From Pseudomonadota bacterium (GTDB lineage Bacteria; Bdellovibrionota_B; Oligoflexia; Oligoflexales; CAIMVM01): DNA of 44,882 nucleotides. Position numbers and translations under genes: made by a program. Under the pieces are notes generated by a model. That model was not told where the DNA came from. It worked only from the letters and a program-made list of their open reading frames with translations, and made no database searches. The DNA lies in contig JBAXBA010000026.1 of the NCBI GenBank assembly GCA_037142195.1, forward strand, positions 1 through 44,882, written 5' to 3'. How positions within the stretch are numbered: the stretch's first letter is position 1; every line of letters starts with the position of its first letter. This document shows positions 17,805 to 27,185 of the stretch, one piece after another.

Positions 17805-20091
17805 TCTACCATCCAGCTCAGCTCTGCCTGTTGCTTCCTCTAAGTGGGCGACCACGCCAGAGAAAGAGTACGCCGAGTTAGTGGCATCTCTAAAAAGCTA
17901 TATAAGCGATGAGGCTATTTTTAAAAAAGTTGAGAACGCCTATCTTTATGCGACTGAAAAACACAAGGATCAGTCAAGAAGATCTGGCGAACCCTATATC
18001 ATACACCCCATCGCAGTTGCTGGTATCTTAGCAAAACTTAAACTGGATATGCCGTCCATTTTTGCAGCGATTTTGCACGATGTAGTTGAGGACACCAATA
18101 CCACCATTGAGGAGATTGAGTCTCTCTATGGCACAGACGTTGCCCAATTAGTCGAAGGCCTGACCAAGATTTCTAAAATTAAGTTTAGGTCCAATCAGGA
18201 AAAACTTGCGGAAAATTTTAGGAAAATGGTTTTAGCTATGGCGAAGGACCTGCGCGTGATTATCGTGAAGCTAGCAGACAGACTTCACAATATGCGCACT
18301 CTTGACAGCCTCCCGATGCACAAAAGACTTTCTATTGCCCAAGAGACCATGGATATTTATGCACCCTTAGCCAACCGGCTAGGTATCAATGGCATTAAAA
18401 GCGAGCTTGAAGACCTGTGTCTCAAGCAGCTTAAAAATGACGTGTATAAAGAAATTTCTAAGGCCGTTTCCACAAAAAAATCCGAGCGAACTAACTATAT
18501 TGAAGAAGTAAAGAATATCGTTAAAAATGAGCTCGATAAATATGGATTTAAGGATGTAAAAGTTTTTGGTCGCCCCAAACATTTTTACTCTATTTATAAG
18601 AAGATGGTCGAAAGAAAATTAACTTTCGAAGACATTCATGACATGTTTGCATTTCGCATTATCGTAAAATCCGTAAAAGACTGCTACGAAGCTCTTGGCG
18701 TTGTTCACGCCATGTGGAAACCCATGCCAGGTAGATTCAAAGATTATATCGCCATGCCTAAGGCGAACATGTACCAGTCTCTTCACACTACGGTCATTCG
18801 CCCAAATGGGGAACCTGCAGAGTTTCAGATTCGAACTGAAGAAATGCACAATATCTGTGAGTTTGGGGTTGCTGCACATTGGGCTTATAAGGAAAAAGGC
18901 GAAAAATCAGAAACAGATCTTAAGAAGTTTTCTTGGCTAAGACAGATCATGCAATGGGAGAGTGAGCTCACGGATCCCCTTGAGTTTATGGAGTCCGTCA
19001 AAATTGATCTTTTTGATGATGAAATCTTTGTGTTTACACCTCGAGGGGATGTCATACAGCTTCCCAACGGCGCCACGCCTCTCGACTTTGCCTTTTCCGT
19101 TCACACGGAGCTAGGCATTAAAACGGTCGGCGCAAAAATCAATGGGCGCATGTGCCCACTGCGAAAGAAGCTTAGTAGTGGTGATATCGTAGAAATCCAA
19201 ACATCAGCTCACCAAAAGCCCTCAAAAGATTGGTTAGCTTTCGTAATCACCTCGAAAGCTCGGACAAAAATTCGGCAGTATTTAAGAAGCGAACAAAGAG
19301 AAACTTCAAAATCTCTTGGGAAAGATCTTTTAGTACATGCACTCGAACGCATTGATGTTACCTGGGATAGGTTTATTAAGAGTGGTAAGACTGAGATTTT
19401 GAATCGCTTTTGCAAAGAATCGAAACTAGATGACTCTCTTGCTGCCATTGGTTATGGCCATTTGGACGCAAAAGATTTGGTCCAAAAAATTTACCCGTCT
19501 GAAGAGATCCTCAAAGCCCCAAGTATCCTAAAAGACAGTTTGATAGATCAAAGCGAAAATCTACCAATCCCTCCCAAGAAACGCAATTCTCAAACCGGCG
19601 TCCTCGTCGGAAACATGGACAACGTATTGGTGAGCTTGGCGAGATGCTGTAGCCCTGTTCCCGGTGATGACATCATTGGATTTATCACCAGAGGAAAAGG
19701 CGTCACCATTCATTTAAGCACCTGCCAGAGTTCTTTAGATCTAGATCCCGCAAGGCGCATTGAAGTGTCTTGGCGCCTAGGTGAGCAGACACTGTCTCAT
19801 TTAGTCTGCATTCGAATTGAAACCCAAGACCGGCAAGGAATACTTGCCGATGTTACAACTGCTATTGCGTCCACGGGTGCAAATATTCAAAAAGCCAACA
19901 TCAATATAACCAAAGACCTTTTAGGCGTCCTAGATTTTGAACTCTTGGTCAAAAATATTGATCATCTTAGGGCCACTATCAATCGCATTGAAAGCCTAAG
20001 TGGCGTTATTTCTGTGAACCGCGTAAATTTGGATCAAAACCCCCAGCCTACTCCCAAAAAACCAAAAAAGAGTGGCCGGATCGAAAAATAG
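17797..20091 (+). CDS. rel: Bifunctional (p)ppGpp synthetase/hydrolase (long RSH, Rel/SpoT)
   Basis: RRSGEPYIIHP and LHDVVEDT (intact HD domain), KLADRLHNMRT, RFKDYI (RxKD), YQSLHT, EFQIRT, TGS (FVFTPRG...DFAF), ARCCSPVPGD, ACT (DRQGILAD); 8-bp overlap with gmk. Confidence 0.95.
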   Translation: MSDLPSSSALPVASSKWATTPEKEYAELVASLKSYISDEAIFKKVENAYLYATEKHKDQSRRSGEPYIIHPIAVAGILAKLKLDMPSIFAAILHDVVEDTNTTIEEIESLYGTDVAQLVEGLTKISKIKFRSNQEKLAENFRKMVLAMAKDLRVIIVKLADRLHNMRTLDSLPMHKRLSIAQETMDIYAPLANRLGINGIKSELEDLCLKQLKNDVYKEISKAVSTKKSERTNYIEEVKNIVKNELDKYGFKDVKVFGRPKHFYSIYKKMVERKLTFEDIHDMFAFRIIVKSVKDCYEALGVVHAMWKPMPGRFKDYIAMPKANMYQSLHTTVIRPNGEPAEFQIRTEEMHNICEFGVAAHWAYKEKGEKSETDLKKFSWLRQIMQWESELTDPLEFMESVKIDLFDDEIFVFTPRGDVIQLPNGATPLDFAFSVHTELGIKTVGAKINGRMCPLRKKLSSGDIVEIQTSAHQKPSKDWLAFVITSKARTKIRQYLRSEQRETSKSLGKDLLVHALERIDVTWDRFIKSGKTEILNRFCKESKLDDSLAAIGYGHLDAKDLVQKIYPSEEILKAPSILKDSLIDQSENLPIPPKKRNSQTGVLVGNMDNVLVSLARCCSPVPGDDIIGFITRGKGVTIHLSTCQSSLDLDPARRIEVSWRLGEQTLSHLVCIRIETQDRQGILADVTTAIASTGANIQKANINITKDLLGVLDFELLVKNIDHLRATINRIESLSGVISVNRVNLDQNPQPTPKKPKKSGRIEK

Positions 20092-20374
20092 TTTTTCATT
20101 TGGATTTCAATTTCAGGTCTGCTTCTACTCACAAGAGCATCATGCATTTCTAATGAGGGATCGACTTGATGCGTTAGGCCCGCAGCACCCTACCGCCTCT
20201 TAAACGAATCCAAAGCAGTGTCTTTGCCATCCTAGTCAGAACTTGCCTCAAGGTTGCAAAACGGACTTCTTTCTAAAAGTCCTAGCCCGCTGGACTTAGG
20301 AGCTATCAGAGCACCAGCTCCTAGAAGGGTCTCCCCTGAGCTTGTACAAAAAACATTCTCAATGGCACCTAGAA

Positions 20375-20480
20375 TGCCCCAAAAAGGCAGTATTAGCCTT
20401 GATTTTCTGGCCTGAAAGGGCCATAATAGCCTTGACAAACTGCCCTGAAAGGGCCACATCATCCTTGATAAACTGCCCTT
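20375..20480 (+). repeat. Three imperfect 33-bp tandem direct repeats plus a partial fourth, overlapping the ATPase promoter
   Basis: tgccccaaaaaggcagtattagccttgattttc / tggcctgaaagggccataatagccttgacaaac / tgccctgaaagggccacatcatccttgataaac / tgccctt; includes TTGATT-N17-CATAAT at 20399-20427. Confidence 0.85.
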
Positions 20481-20505
20481 GAATAAAAATAGGGAGGGAA
20501 TATTC

Positions 20506-21834
20506 GTGCTTTATCTTCCGCGCACCGCCGATAAGAAATTACTGCAATGGGCTCGCCAGGAATCCCGAAAGCCGCTCGTACTTCGCGGAGCACGACAAGT
20601 TGGTAAAACCGTCGTGGCGCGCAACCTGGCAACCGCTGCCAACTTGTCACTTTGCGAACTCAACTTCGAACGGATCCCTCGCCTTCGCACTTTATTTGAG
20701 AAGGCTGGCGACCTCTCGCCGAGAATCTTGATTCCTCAAATCGAGGCCATCGTCGAAACTGACATTCGTCCAGGAAATACCCTGCTGTTCTTCGACGAAA
20801 TTCAGGAGTGCCCACAGGCCATCACGTTTCTTCGATATTTGTACGAAGATCTTCCAGCACTACACACGATCGCAGCAGGTAGTCTCCTCGAATTTGCATT
20901 ACAAAGGGTTTCCACTCCAGTAGGCAGACTCTCATTCGCCTTCATCCGCCCCATGTCTCTCGAGGAGTTTTTGATAGCAACAGGACGTTCCACGCTTTGC
21001 AAACAACGTCCGAAACTGGATGTCACAGGCGAAAACCAACATATCCCAGAAGCCATTCATGACGCTCTTATCGAAGCACTCAGAGAATACTTTATTGTGG
21101 GAGGAATGCCAGCCTGCGTTGCTGAATTCGGGAAAAATCGAAACTTTGCCAAAGTTCGCGAAATACAAAACGACATTGTGCAGACTTATCTATCCGATAT
21201 TAGAAAATATGCACGAGGAGACTTGCAAGTCACCAATGTGGGTGAAGTCATGGCGAACACGTTTTCCTTTGTAGGTAAGCAAATTTCCTATACATTGCTG
21301 GGCCATGGCGATGCCATCAAGCGAACAAAACAGTCGGTACATCTTCTTTCCCAAGCGCAAATTGTTCACATCGTTCGTTCCTCAACAGCAACAAAGCCAC
21401 CGCTCGCAGCTGATGCTGACGACAAAACTTTCAAACTTGTATTCCTCGATATCGGCTTAGGACAATGTCTTTCGGGAATTAAACCAGGAGATCTCATTTC
21501 CACAACAGATCTCACAGCAACATATGAAGGCAAACTTTCAGAGCAATTTGTGGGACAGGAACTTCTTGCCGCAAGTGATGAGGCGTCAGAAGGTGGACAT
21601 CTATACTACTGGAAACGTAATGCTCGTGGCTCTTCGGCCGAGGTCGATTTTCTTTTATGGCGAAACGGAAGAGTCATTCCTATTGAAGTCAAGTCTGGGG
21701 CGTCAGGGCGATTGCGAAGTCTTCACCTCTTTCTCGCAACATACGGGGGGCAAGGAATTTGCCTCCAAGATACCAATCGGTGCGCCAAAGACGGAAACGT
21801 GCGATTCCTCCCTTTGTACTCAAAAATGCCATGA
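20506..21834 (+). CDS. AAA+ ATPase (AAA_14) with DUF4143 / PD-(D/E)xK-like C-terminus
   Basis: GARQVGKT, FFDEIQ, AGSLL, GGMP, FLDIGL, YYW...AEVDFL...PIEVKSG; GTG at 20506 after AGGGAGGG. Confidence 0.9.
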   Translation: MLYLPRTADKKLLQWARQESRKPLVLRGARQVGKTVVARNLATAANLSLCELNFERIPRLRTLFEKAGDLSPRILIPQIEAIVETDIRPGNTLLFFDEIQECPQAITFLRYLYEDLPALHTIAAGSLLEFALQRVSTPVGRLSFAFIRPMSLEEFLIATGRSTLCKQRPKLDVTGENQHIPEAIHDALIEALREYFIVGGMPACVAEFGKNRNFAKVREIQNDIVQTYLSDIRKYARGDLQVTNVGEVMANTFSFVGKQISYTLLGHGDAIKRTKQSVHLLSQAQIVHIVRSSTATKPPLAADADDKTFKLVFLDIGLGQCLSGIKPGDLISTTDLTATYEGKLSEQFVGQELLAASDEASEGGHLYYWKRNARGSSAEVDFLLWRNGRVIPIEVKSGASGRLRSLHLFLATYGGQGICLQDTNRCAKDGNVRFLPLYSKMP

Positions 21835-22193
21835 TATCGTTGCCACAAAATGCCATTTACGAACATGAAAAACTGCTGTGCTGATTTTAGGAAACAAATT
21901 TGGTACTCCAGATGTTGGGATATTGCCACCGTGCAGGTTAACATCGGAATCCTCATCAGATTCAAAATTGGAGCAAGCAAGATAGCACACATCCACTTTC
22001 AAGGGCTGCTTTCCTTGCTCCGTGTCAGAATCATGTAGCAACTTTTTACCGAAACTTCGAGATCCACAAAGGGAATGGACTTGAAATGACGGGGCATAAT
22101 TTTTTTAGCAAAATCCATAGTCGTGCCTGGATAGTTTAGCTTTGCGCTGTCGGCAAAACACCTTAATGCAGAACGCAACCAATGTCTGAAGCA

Positions 22194-23255
22194 CTACATG
22201 CTACTTAAAAGGGTGCCACATAATTTGTAAAGGATCCTGGCACCGACATTGGCATCCCATTCTGATGAAGGATTGGGTGTCACCTCACATAAGTCAAAGC
22301 CAATGACTTTTCTCCCGGTCGCAACAATAGATTCGAGAAGATACATAGTTTCCTCATATTGCAGACCACCCGGCACCGGAGTTCCTGTCGACGGGCAAAG
22401 TGAAGGGTCAAGGCCATCAATGTCGAAAGAAATATAAATTTTCTCCGGAAGAGGTCTTAGCAGTTCATCCACCATTTGCGACCAATTGGTGCCCATGGCC
22501 TTTTTTCGCCCGATATCTCGGGAATACATCACACTGGATCGAGATCCTAGACTCTCATGAAAAAGACGCTCGTCTTTTGAAAAATCTCTAATCCCAAGTT
22601 GGGCAATATGGGAAACATTTGGTATTTTTGACATCACATTATGCATAATAGATGCGTGGGAGTTATGAAAGCCTTCGTAACCCGCTCGTAAGTCAAAATG
22701 AGCATCTACATGCAAAACACCAAAATTGCTATGCACCTTAGACAAGGCTACCAAGAGTCCAAATGGTGACGAATGATCTCCCCCTACAACCGCGACACTC
22801 TTCCCTTGAGAAAGCCATTTTGTGGCGCATTGTTCTACCTTTCTATTTACGAAATCACTGGCATCATTGATACCCTTTAAAAGGGAAGACCTTTCCGCCT
22901 CTGCCGTTGTACTTTCTCGATACTGAATGACTTTTTTTCGAGTGGATTTCGAAAGCTCAAAGATTTCCTCATCCAAAGGAAGCAGAGTGATGCCCTTCTT
23001 ATAAGGCTGTCCAAACGCTAAATCTTCCAAATCTAATTGATGGCTAGCGGGAAGAAGCGCAATAGGACCTTCGCTGGTTCCGCCTCCATAGGACGTTGTA
23101 GCATCCCAGGGAACCCCAATGAGAATCAGATCAGATTCTTCGGGTTTAATAGTAGCGCCGAAAACACCTGCATCGCTTGCTGGCGGCAAACCGCTTTCGA
23201 GATTTTCATATTGCTCTTTTTTACTTTTGGTAGAGTTCAAATGGGAATCGGTCAC
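22194..23255 (-). CDS. Agmatinase/arginase-family ureohydrolase
   Basis: GVPWDATTSY, GGDHS, HVDAHFD, SFDIDGLDP, TGTPVPGG, FDLCEV; GTG start after AGGAGG. Confidence 0.92.
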   Translation of the reverse strand: MTDSHLNSTKSKKEQYENLESGLPPASDAGVFGATIKPEESDLILIGVPWDATTSYGGGTSEGPIALLPASHQLDLEDLAFGQPYKKGITLLPLDEEIFELSKSTRKKVIQYRESTTAEAERSSLLKGINDASDFVNRKVEQCATKWLSQGKSVAVVGGDHSSPFGLLVALSKVHSNFGVLHVDAHFDLRAGYEGFHNSHASIMHNVMSKIPNVSHIAQLGIRDFSKDERLFHESLGSRSSVMYSRDIGRKKAMGTNWSQMVDELLRPLPEKIYISFDIDGLDPSLCPSTGTPVPGGLQYEETMYLLESIVATGRKVIGFDLCEVTPNPSSEWDANVGARILYKLCGTLLSSM

Positions 23256-23591
23256 TCAAAAACCTCCTGATCTATGAAAAAATATGCTGATAGGCCCCAA
23301 ACATTAAGAAATGTGAATCTCCGTCCTCATTCCATATGTAAAGGTTTCCTTAGAAAACTTCTACCAGCCCAAAGCTCGTCTTGCTTGAGAGGCCGAAGAT
23401 AACTGAAAATTTCTATGTCTCCTAGGAGTATCCACAGACCTCCACAAATGGCGCTTGATCAGGAAGGGCTGCTCGTTAGAGCAGCGTTTCATGTCTCTTT
23501 TTAACAGTAAAATCATTCCTTCCATCCTTATTTTTCCACGCTGCTCTTAAGAACGTATCCCAATGAAATATTTGATGTTTTCTTTAAAATT

Positions 23592-23618
23592 TAAAGGTCT
23601 TCAAGAACCTACCGATGG
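23592..23618 (+). promoter_or_regulatory. Putative sigma28 (FliA)-type promoter
   Basis: TAAA (23592-23595) -N15- ACCGATGG (23611-23618), ending 37 bp before the ATG at 23656. Confidence 0.5.
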
Positions 23619-23655
23619 GACCTATGCCGGGCTGATTCGGTAGGGAGCATAGTTT

Positions 23656-25212
23656 ATGAAAAGTTGGCATAAACCGCTGGTAATGTCTTTAACTTTAGTT
23701 CTTGCAGCGTACTGTGGACGCTCCCAAGTAGGTAGTGATAAAACCACTACTAAAATTGCTGCAGAAACGGCCAAGGTCACCGATCCGAGCGCTGGGGCAA
23801 CGCTTTCCATTACCAAAGGCCCTGCAGCTGGAACCACTGTTGCTTTCAGTCCGGGATCTCTAGAAATAGACACTTCTGTTTATGCAGAGGTTGTATCCAT
23901 GCCTAATGATTTCAATATTAGCAGCGTTGCTAGAAGCTCACCTGCTATATCTGTAAGCGCCACAAGCAAAGGATCTTCGATCACTACTTTAAGTTCGCCT
24001 CTGGCCATTTCGGTGCCCGTGGATACGCTATCGCTTACGGACTGGAACTTGACGACACGTTCGGCAGATAATCTTTGTATGTTTCTAAAGTCGGGCTCCG
24101 ATCTCTTCTTCTGGCGAAAGTCAGCATTAACTCTATCTACTTCCTCAGGAAAAAACTTTGCCAAGGTGCTTTCGACCCGCGTCGGTGTCTTTCAACTGGT
24201 TTACTGTGGAAGCGAAACTCTGCCAGGATTTGTCGATGCAACGGAGGCCAAACTGGGCGTGGGCAAAGAACACAAAATCACCTTTGATTCGGCGCTTTAT
24301 GGAAGAGGCCAAGCAAAACTCTGTATAGGGGTCATCTCAGGCGCGAAGAAAACGAATTCCGGCGAGGAAAAACCTGAAGTTTCTCTCGGAGGAAAATCGG
24401 TCGCTATAAATGGCGGCGGTAAAGTGACTGTGGGTTTAAGTCTTGACAATTCTAAACTCGTAACGGGCGGTTGGGCTGCTCTGGTTTTTGTTCTGCTTGG
24501 AGAATCAGACACCTGCGGCCTAGAAACAGCAGGCGAGCTATCCAAAGCTTCTTTAAAGAGTAAAGGCATATATGCCTGGGGCGTTCGGTATGAGGATTTA
24601 AATACCAGTATAGACGGCGAAGTTGGCGATGCGAAATATCCGCTTCTTTCTACCAAAGCTAATTTAAGTGAGGTTTCAGGTTCAGGGGCTTTGCCAGCTG
24701 GAACACATTGTCTTTCTTTGGAATCAACTGTAGAATCAGAAATGATTCACGCTGAGTTTGAAGTTACAACGAATGCCTCGGGCGATTTGTCTGAAGCTTA
24801 CTCCTTCTCAGTTCCGAAGGCGACCTCCTATAAGTCCCGTCTCCAGGTAGGCTCCTCTTGTGGTGGAGACTCATCAGGGACATCTTCCACATCAAGTTAT
24901 TCCATTGAATTTCCGAATGCAGCACAGCCTACTTTAGAAATTGCTTCTATGGCTCTTTCCACTCAGACCGCGTCCACATATTGTGTTAACATCTACGAAT
25001 CCTCAGCCTTTTCAGGCAACACTCCTGGAAGCGTATCGGCAAGTCCCAATGTCTCCTGGACAAATGCAGCCCTTGGTCCCACCGCTACTCAATTGATCAT
25101 CCCCTCCTTAGGAGGAATATCGGATATGTCTGTCCAGCCAGGATGCACGGGAGCCAATATCTATTTGGACAATCGTGTCTATACCCAGGACGTCGCGATT
25201 ACGCTACCTTAG
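23656..25212 (+). CDS. Exported Ser/Thr-rich protein (possible lipoprotein) with a ZU5-like N-terminal domain
   Basis: Signal peptide ending LAAYC; GTTVAFSPGSL...SPAISV...LSSPLAISVP resembles ZU5-like beta-sandwiches; paired Cys in later domains; RBS AGGGAG. Confidence 0.7.
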   Translation: MKSWHKPLVMSLTLVLAAYCGRSQVGSDKTTTKIAAETAKVTDPSAGATLSITKGPAAGTTVAFSPGSLEIDTSVYAEVVSMPNDFNISSVARSSPAISVSATSKGSSITTLSSPLAISVPVDTLSLTDWNLTTRSADNLCMFLKSGSDLFFWRKSALTLSTSSGKNFAKVLSTRVGVFQLVYCGSETLPGFVDATEAKLGVGKEHKITFDSALYGRGQAKLCIGVISGAKKTNSGEEKPEVSLGGKSVAINGGGKVTVGLSLDNSKLVTGGWAALVFVLLGESDTCGLETAGELSKASLKSKGIYAWGVRYEDLNTSIDGEVGDAKYPLLSTKANLSEVSGSGALPAGTHCLSLESTVESEMIHAEFEVTTNASGDLSEAYSFSVPKATSYKSRLQVGSSCGGDSSGTSSTSSYSIEFPNAAQPTLEIASMALSTQTASTYCVNIYESSAFSGNTPGSVSASPNVSWTNAALGPTATQLIIPSLGGISDMSVQPGCTGANIYLDNRVYTQDVAITLP

Positions 25213-25241
25213 ATTTTAGAAGGCTTACTTTTTTGGCGAAT

Positions 25242-27185
25242 TCATTCCTTTTCTTTAGGGATTTTCGCCAAGAAATCAGCTTCACTCCATATCTCAATAC
25301 CTAGATCCACTGCCTTTTTCGCTTTGGAAGATGACGACTGGGATTCATTTGTGAGAAGGACCGAAGTCTTTTTGGAGACTGAACTCACTACTTTCCCGCC
25401 TTGATCCTCGATGATTCGTTCAAAATCCTCTCGGGGCTTGGACAAAGTTCCTGTGATCGCAAAGGTCATTCCTGAAAAAGGACCTATTTCTCTTTTTCCT
25501 TCTATTTCTGCAGGAACGATTCCCATTTTTAAGAGTTCGTCTATGACGGGCGCCATGCGGTGAAGCCCCTCTACTACGGCATTCGCGGTTTTGTCGGCAA
25601 ATCCATCAAGCTTAAGCAAATCCTCAGATTTCAAATTTCTTACTTCTGCCAAGGTTCTAAAGTGATGACAGATTTCAACCCAACTGGCTTGCCCTAAACC
25701 ACCGATGCCGAGACCTCTCAGGAATTTAGTAAGGGTGGGATCTTTGGATCCCTGAATGTTATCAAATAATTTCTGAGCCATCTTGTCTTTGGTTGCGGGA
25801 AGTTTTAATAGGTCTTCCGGCTTGATTTTATATAAGTCAGGAATAGACTCTACGAGCTTTCCATCCATCAACTGCTGAAGTCTTTTTTCGGAAAGATCTT
25901 CGATGTCGACTGCTTTAATCCAGTTTAATATGGTGCCACTACGCTGAGCTGGACAAATTTCCTTTTGAGCACATAGAAGCCTTACCCCATCAAAGGTCAG
26001 ACTGTTATGACAAGAGGTACACAAGTCAGGCAATTTACTGGTTCCTTCTGCGGGTGAAACCACAGAAAGAAACTTAGGAATCACCTCCCCTGAGCGAATG
26101 ATCTCAATTTGATCGCCGATTTTTAAATTATAAGACAGCACGTGGGCGGCGTTATGGAGGGTAACATTAGTTAAATTAGCACCACTGAGATATACGGGCT
26201 CGACAATGGCGACCGGGGTTACAATGCCCAGCCGACTTGTGGCCCAGAGAATATCTTGGATCTGTGTTACAGCTGTTTCCCCGGCCCATTTGAAGGAAAG
26301 CTTATATCTAGGATGGTGAGAGGTGGAGCCGAGTTCACGATGTTTATGCAAAGAATTGAAGGAAAAAACTACGCCATCTACCTGCACATCTCCTTCATCC
26401 ATAAATTTTTGGGCAAAGTCTAAATAGGCTTCCATTTCTGAGGGAGAAGAACACAATTTATGGTCTGGAAGCTTAAATCCAAAACTTTCAAGTTTCTCAA
26501 ATTTCTGAACTTCTGTATCAAAAGGAGCAAAACCCGTTGCATCTAAAAGATCAAAAGCAAAAAAATCGAAATATCTGGCCAAATCCTGGTGCTGCTTCCG
26601 CCCTAAGATGCCAGAAACAATATTTCTTGGATTCGAAGGTCGTTCCATACCCCTTGCCACCATTTCTTCTGCCAGGTGAATAAAGGAACTATCTGAACAA
26701 TAGAGCTCGCCTCTAATCTCCATCTCACCTGACATTTGTATTTTGGGTATGCACTCTGACACCCATCTTATTTTGTCCGTGACATCCTCGCCTTCACGGC
26801 CGTTGCCCCGGGTTTTTCCTAGTTTTAACTCTCCGTCTTGATAGACCAAGGAAAGGCTATTTCCGTCAATCTTCAATGTAGCCATCACAGGTTGATCCTC
26901 AGCCCATTCCAAGACGTCACTTTTGGCATAGGTTTTGGCAAGAGAAAGCATCGGCACTCGATGGCTGGCTTTTCTATATTGAGATTCACTTCCATCGCCA
27001 ACAAGCGACAAAACCGGATGATCAGGAATCAACGCACGTAGAGATTCTTCAAGAGAATCGTACTTAGGATCTGAAATCTCTGGTTTTCCTGCATAATATG
27101 CTTTTTTGTGGTGTAGAATCTGGTTTACAAGTTGATCCACTTTTTGAACATCCGTGGGTTCTACTCTGCTTTTTTCCATATCCAA
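25242..27185 (-). CDS. ligA: NAD-dependent DNA ligase
   Basis: YYAGKPEISDPKYD, HRVPMLSL, KIDG adenylation motif, TRGNGREGEDVT, NPRN, TLHN, Zn finger CTSC...C...C, HhH repeats, BRCT (FSGMTFAITGTL). Start is 27185 (TTG) or 27179 (ATG). Confidence 0.96.
   Translation of the reverse strand: MDMEKSRVEPTDVQKVDQLVNQILHHKKAYYAGKPEISDPKYDSLEESLRALIPDHPVLSLVGDGSESQYRKASHRVPMLSLAKTYAKSDVLEWAEDQPVMATLKIDGNSLSLVYQDGELKLGKTRGNGREGEDVTDKIRWVSECIPKIQMSGEMEIRGELYCSDSSFIHLAEEMVARGMERPSNPRNIVSGILGRKQHQDLARYFDFFAFDLLDATGFAPFDTEVQKFEKLESFGFKLPDHKLCSSPSEMEAYLDFAQKFMDEGDVQVDGVVFSFNSLHKHRELGSTSHHPRYKLSFKWAGETAVTQIQDILWATSRLGIVTPVAIVEPVYLSGANLTNVTLHNAAHVLSYNLKIGDQIEIIRSGEVIPKFLSVVSPAEGTSKLPDLCTSCHNSLTFDGVRLLCAQKEICPAQRSGTILNWIKAVDIEDLSEKRLQQLMDGKLVESIPDLYKIKPEDLLKLPATKDKMAQKLFDNIQGSKDPTLTKFLRGLGIGGLGQASWVEICHHFRTLAEVRNLKSEDLLKLDGFADKTANAVVEGLHRMAPVIDELLKMGIVPAEIEGKREIGPFSGMTFAITGTLSKPREDFERIIEDQGGKVVSSVSKKTSVLLTNESQSSSSKAKKAVDLGIEIWSEADFLAKIPKEKE

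Noticed and set aside
20442..20454. GCCCTGAAAGGGC as a lambda boxB/nut site
   Set aside because: The loop is 2 nt shorter than boxB, there is no boxA and no phage genes nearby.
20375..20480. 33-bp repeats as a CRISPR array
   Set aside because: Units are directly adjacent with no unique spacers, are degenerate, and no cas genes are present.
21820..22041. Short ORFs downstream of the first AAA+ ATPase
   Set aside because: Three overlapping short frames with no RBS or recognisable motif; possibly debris but unsupported.
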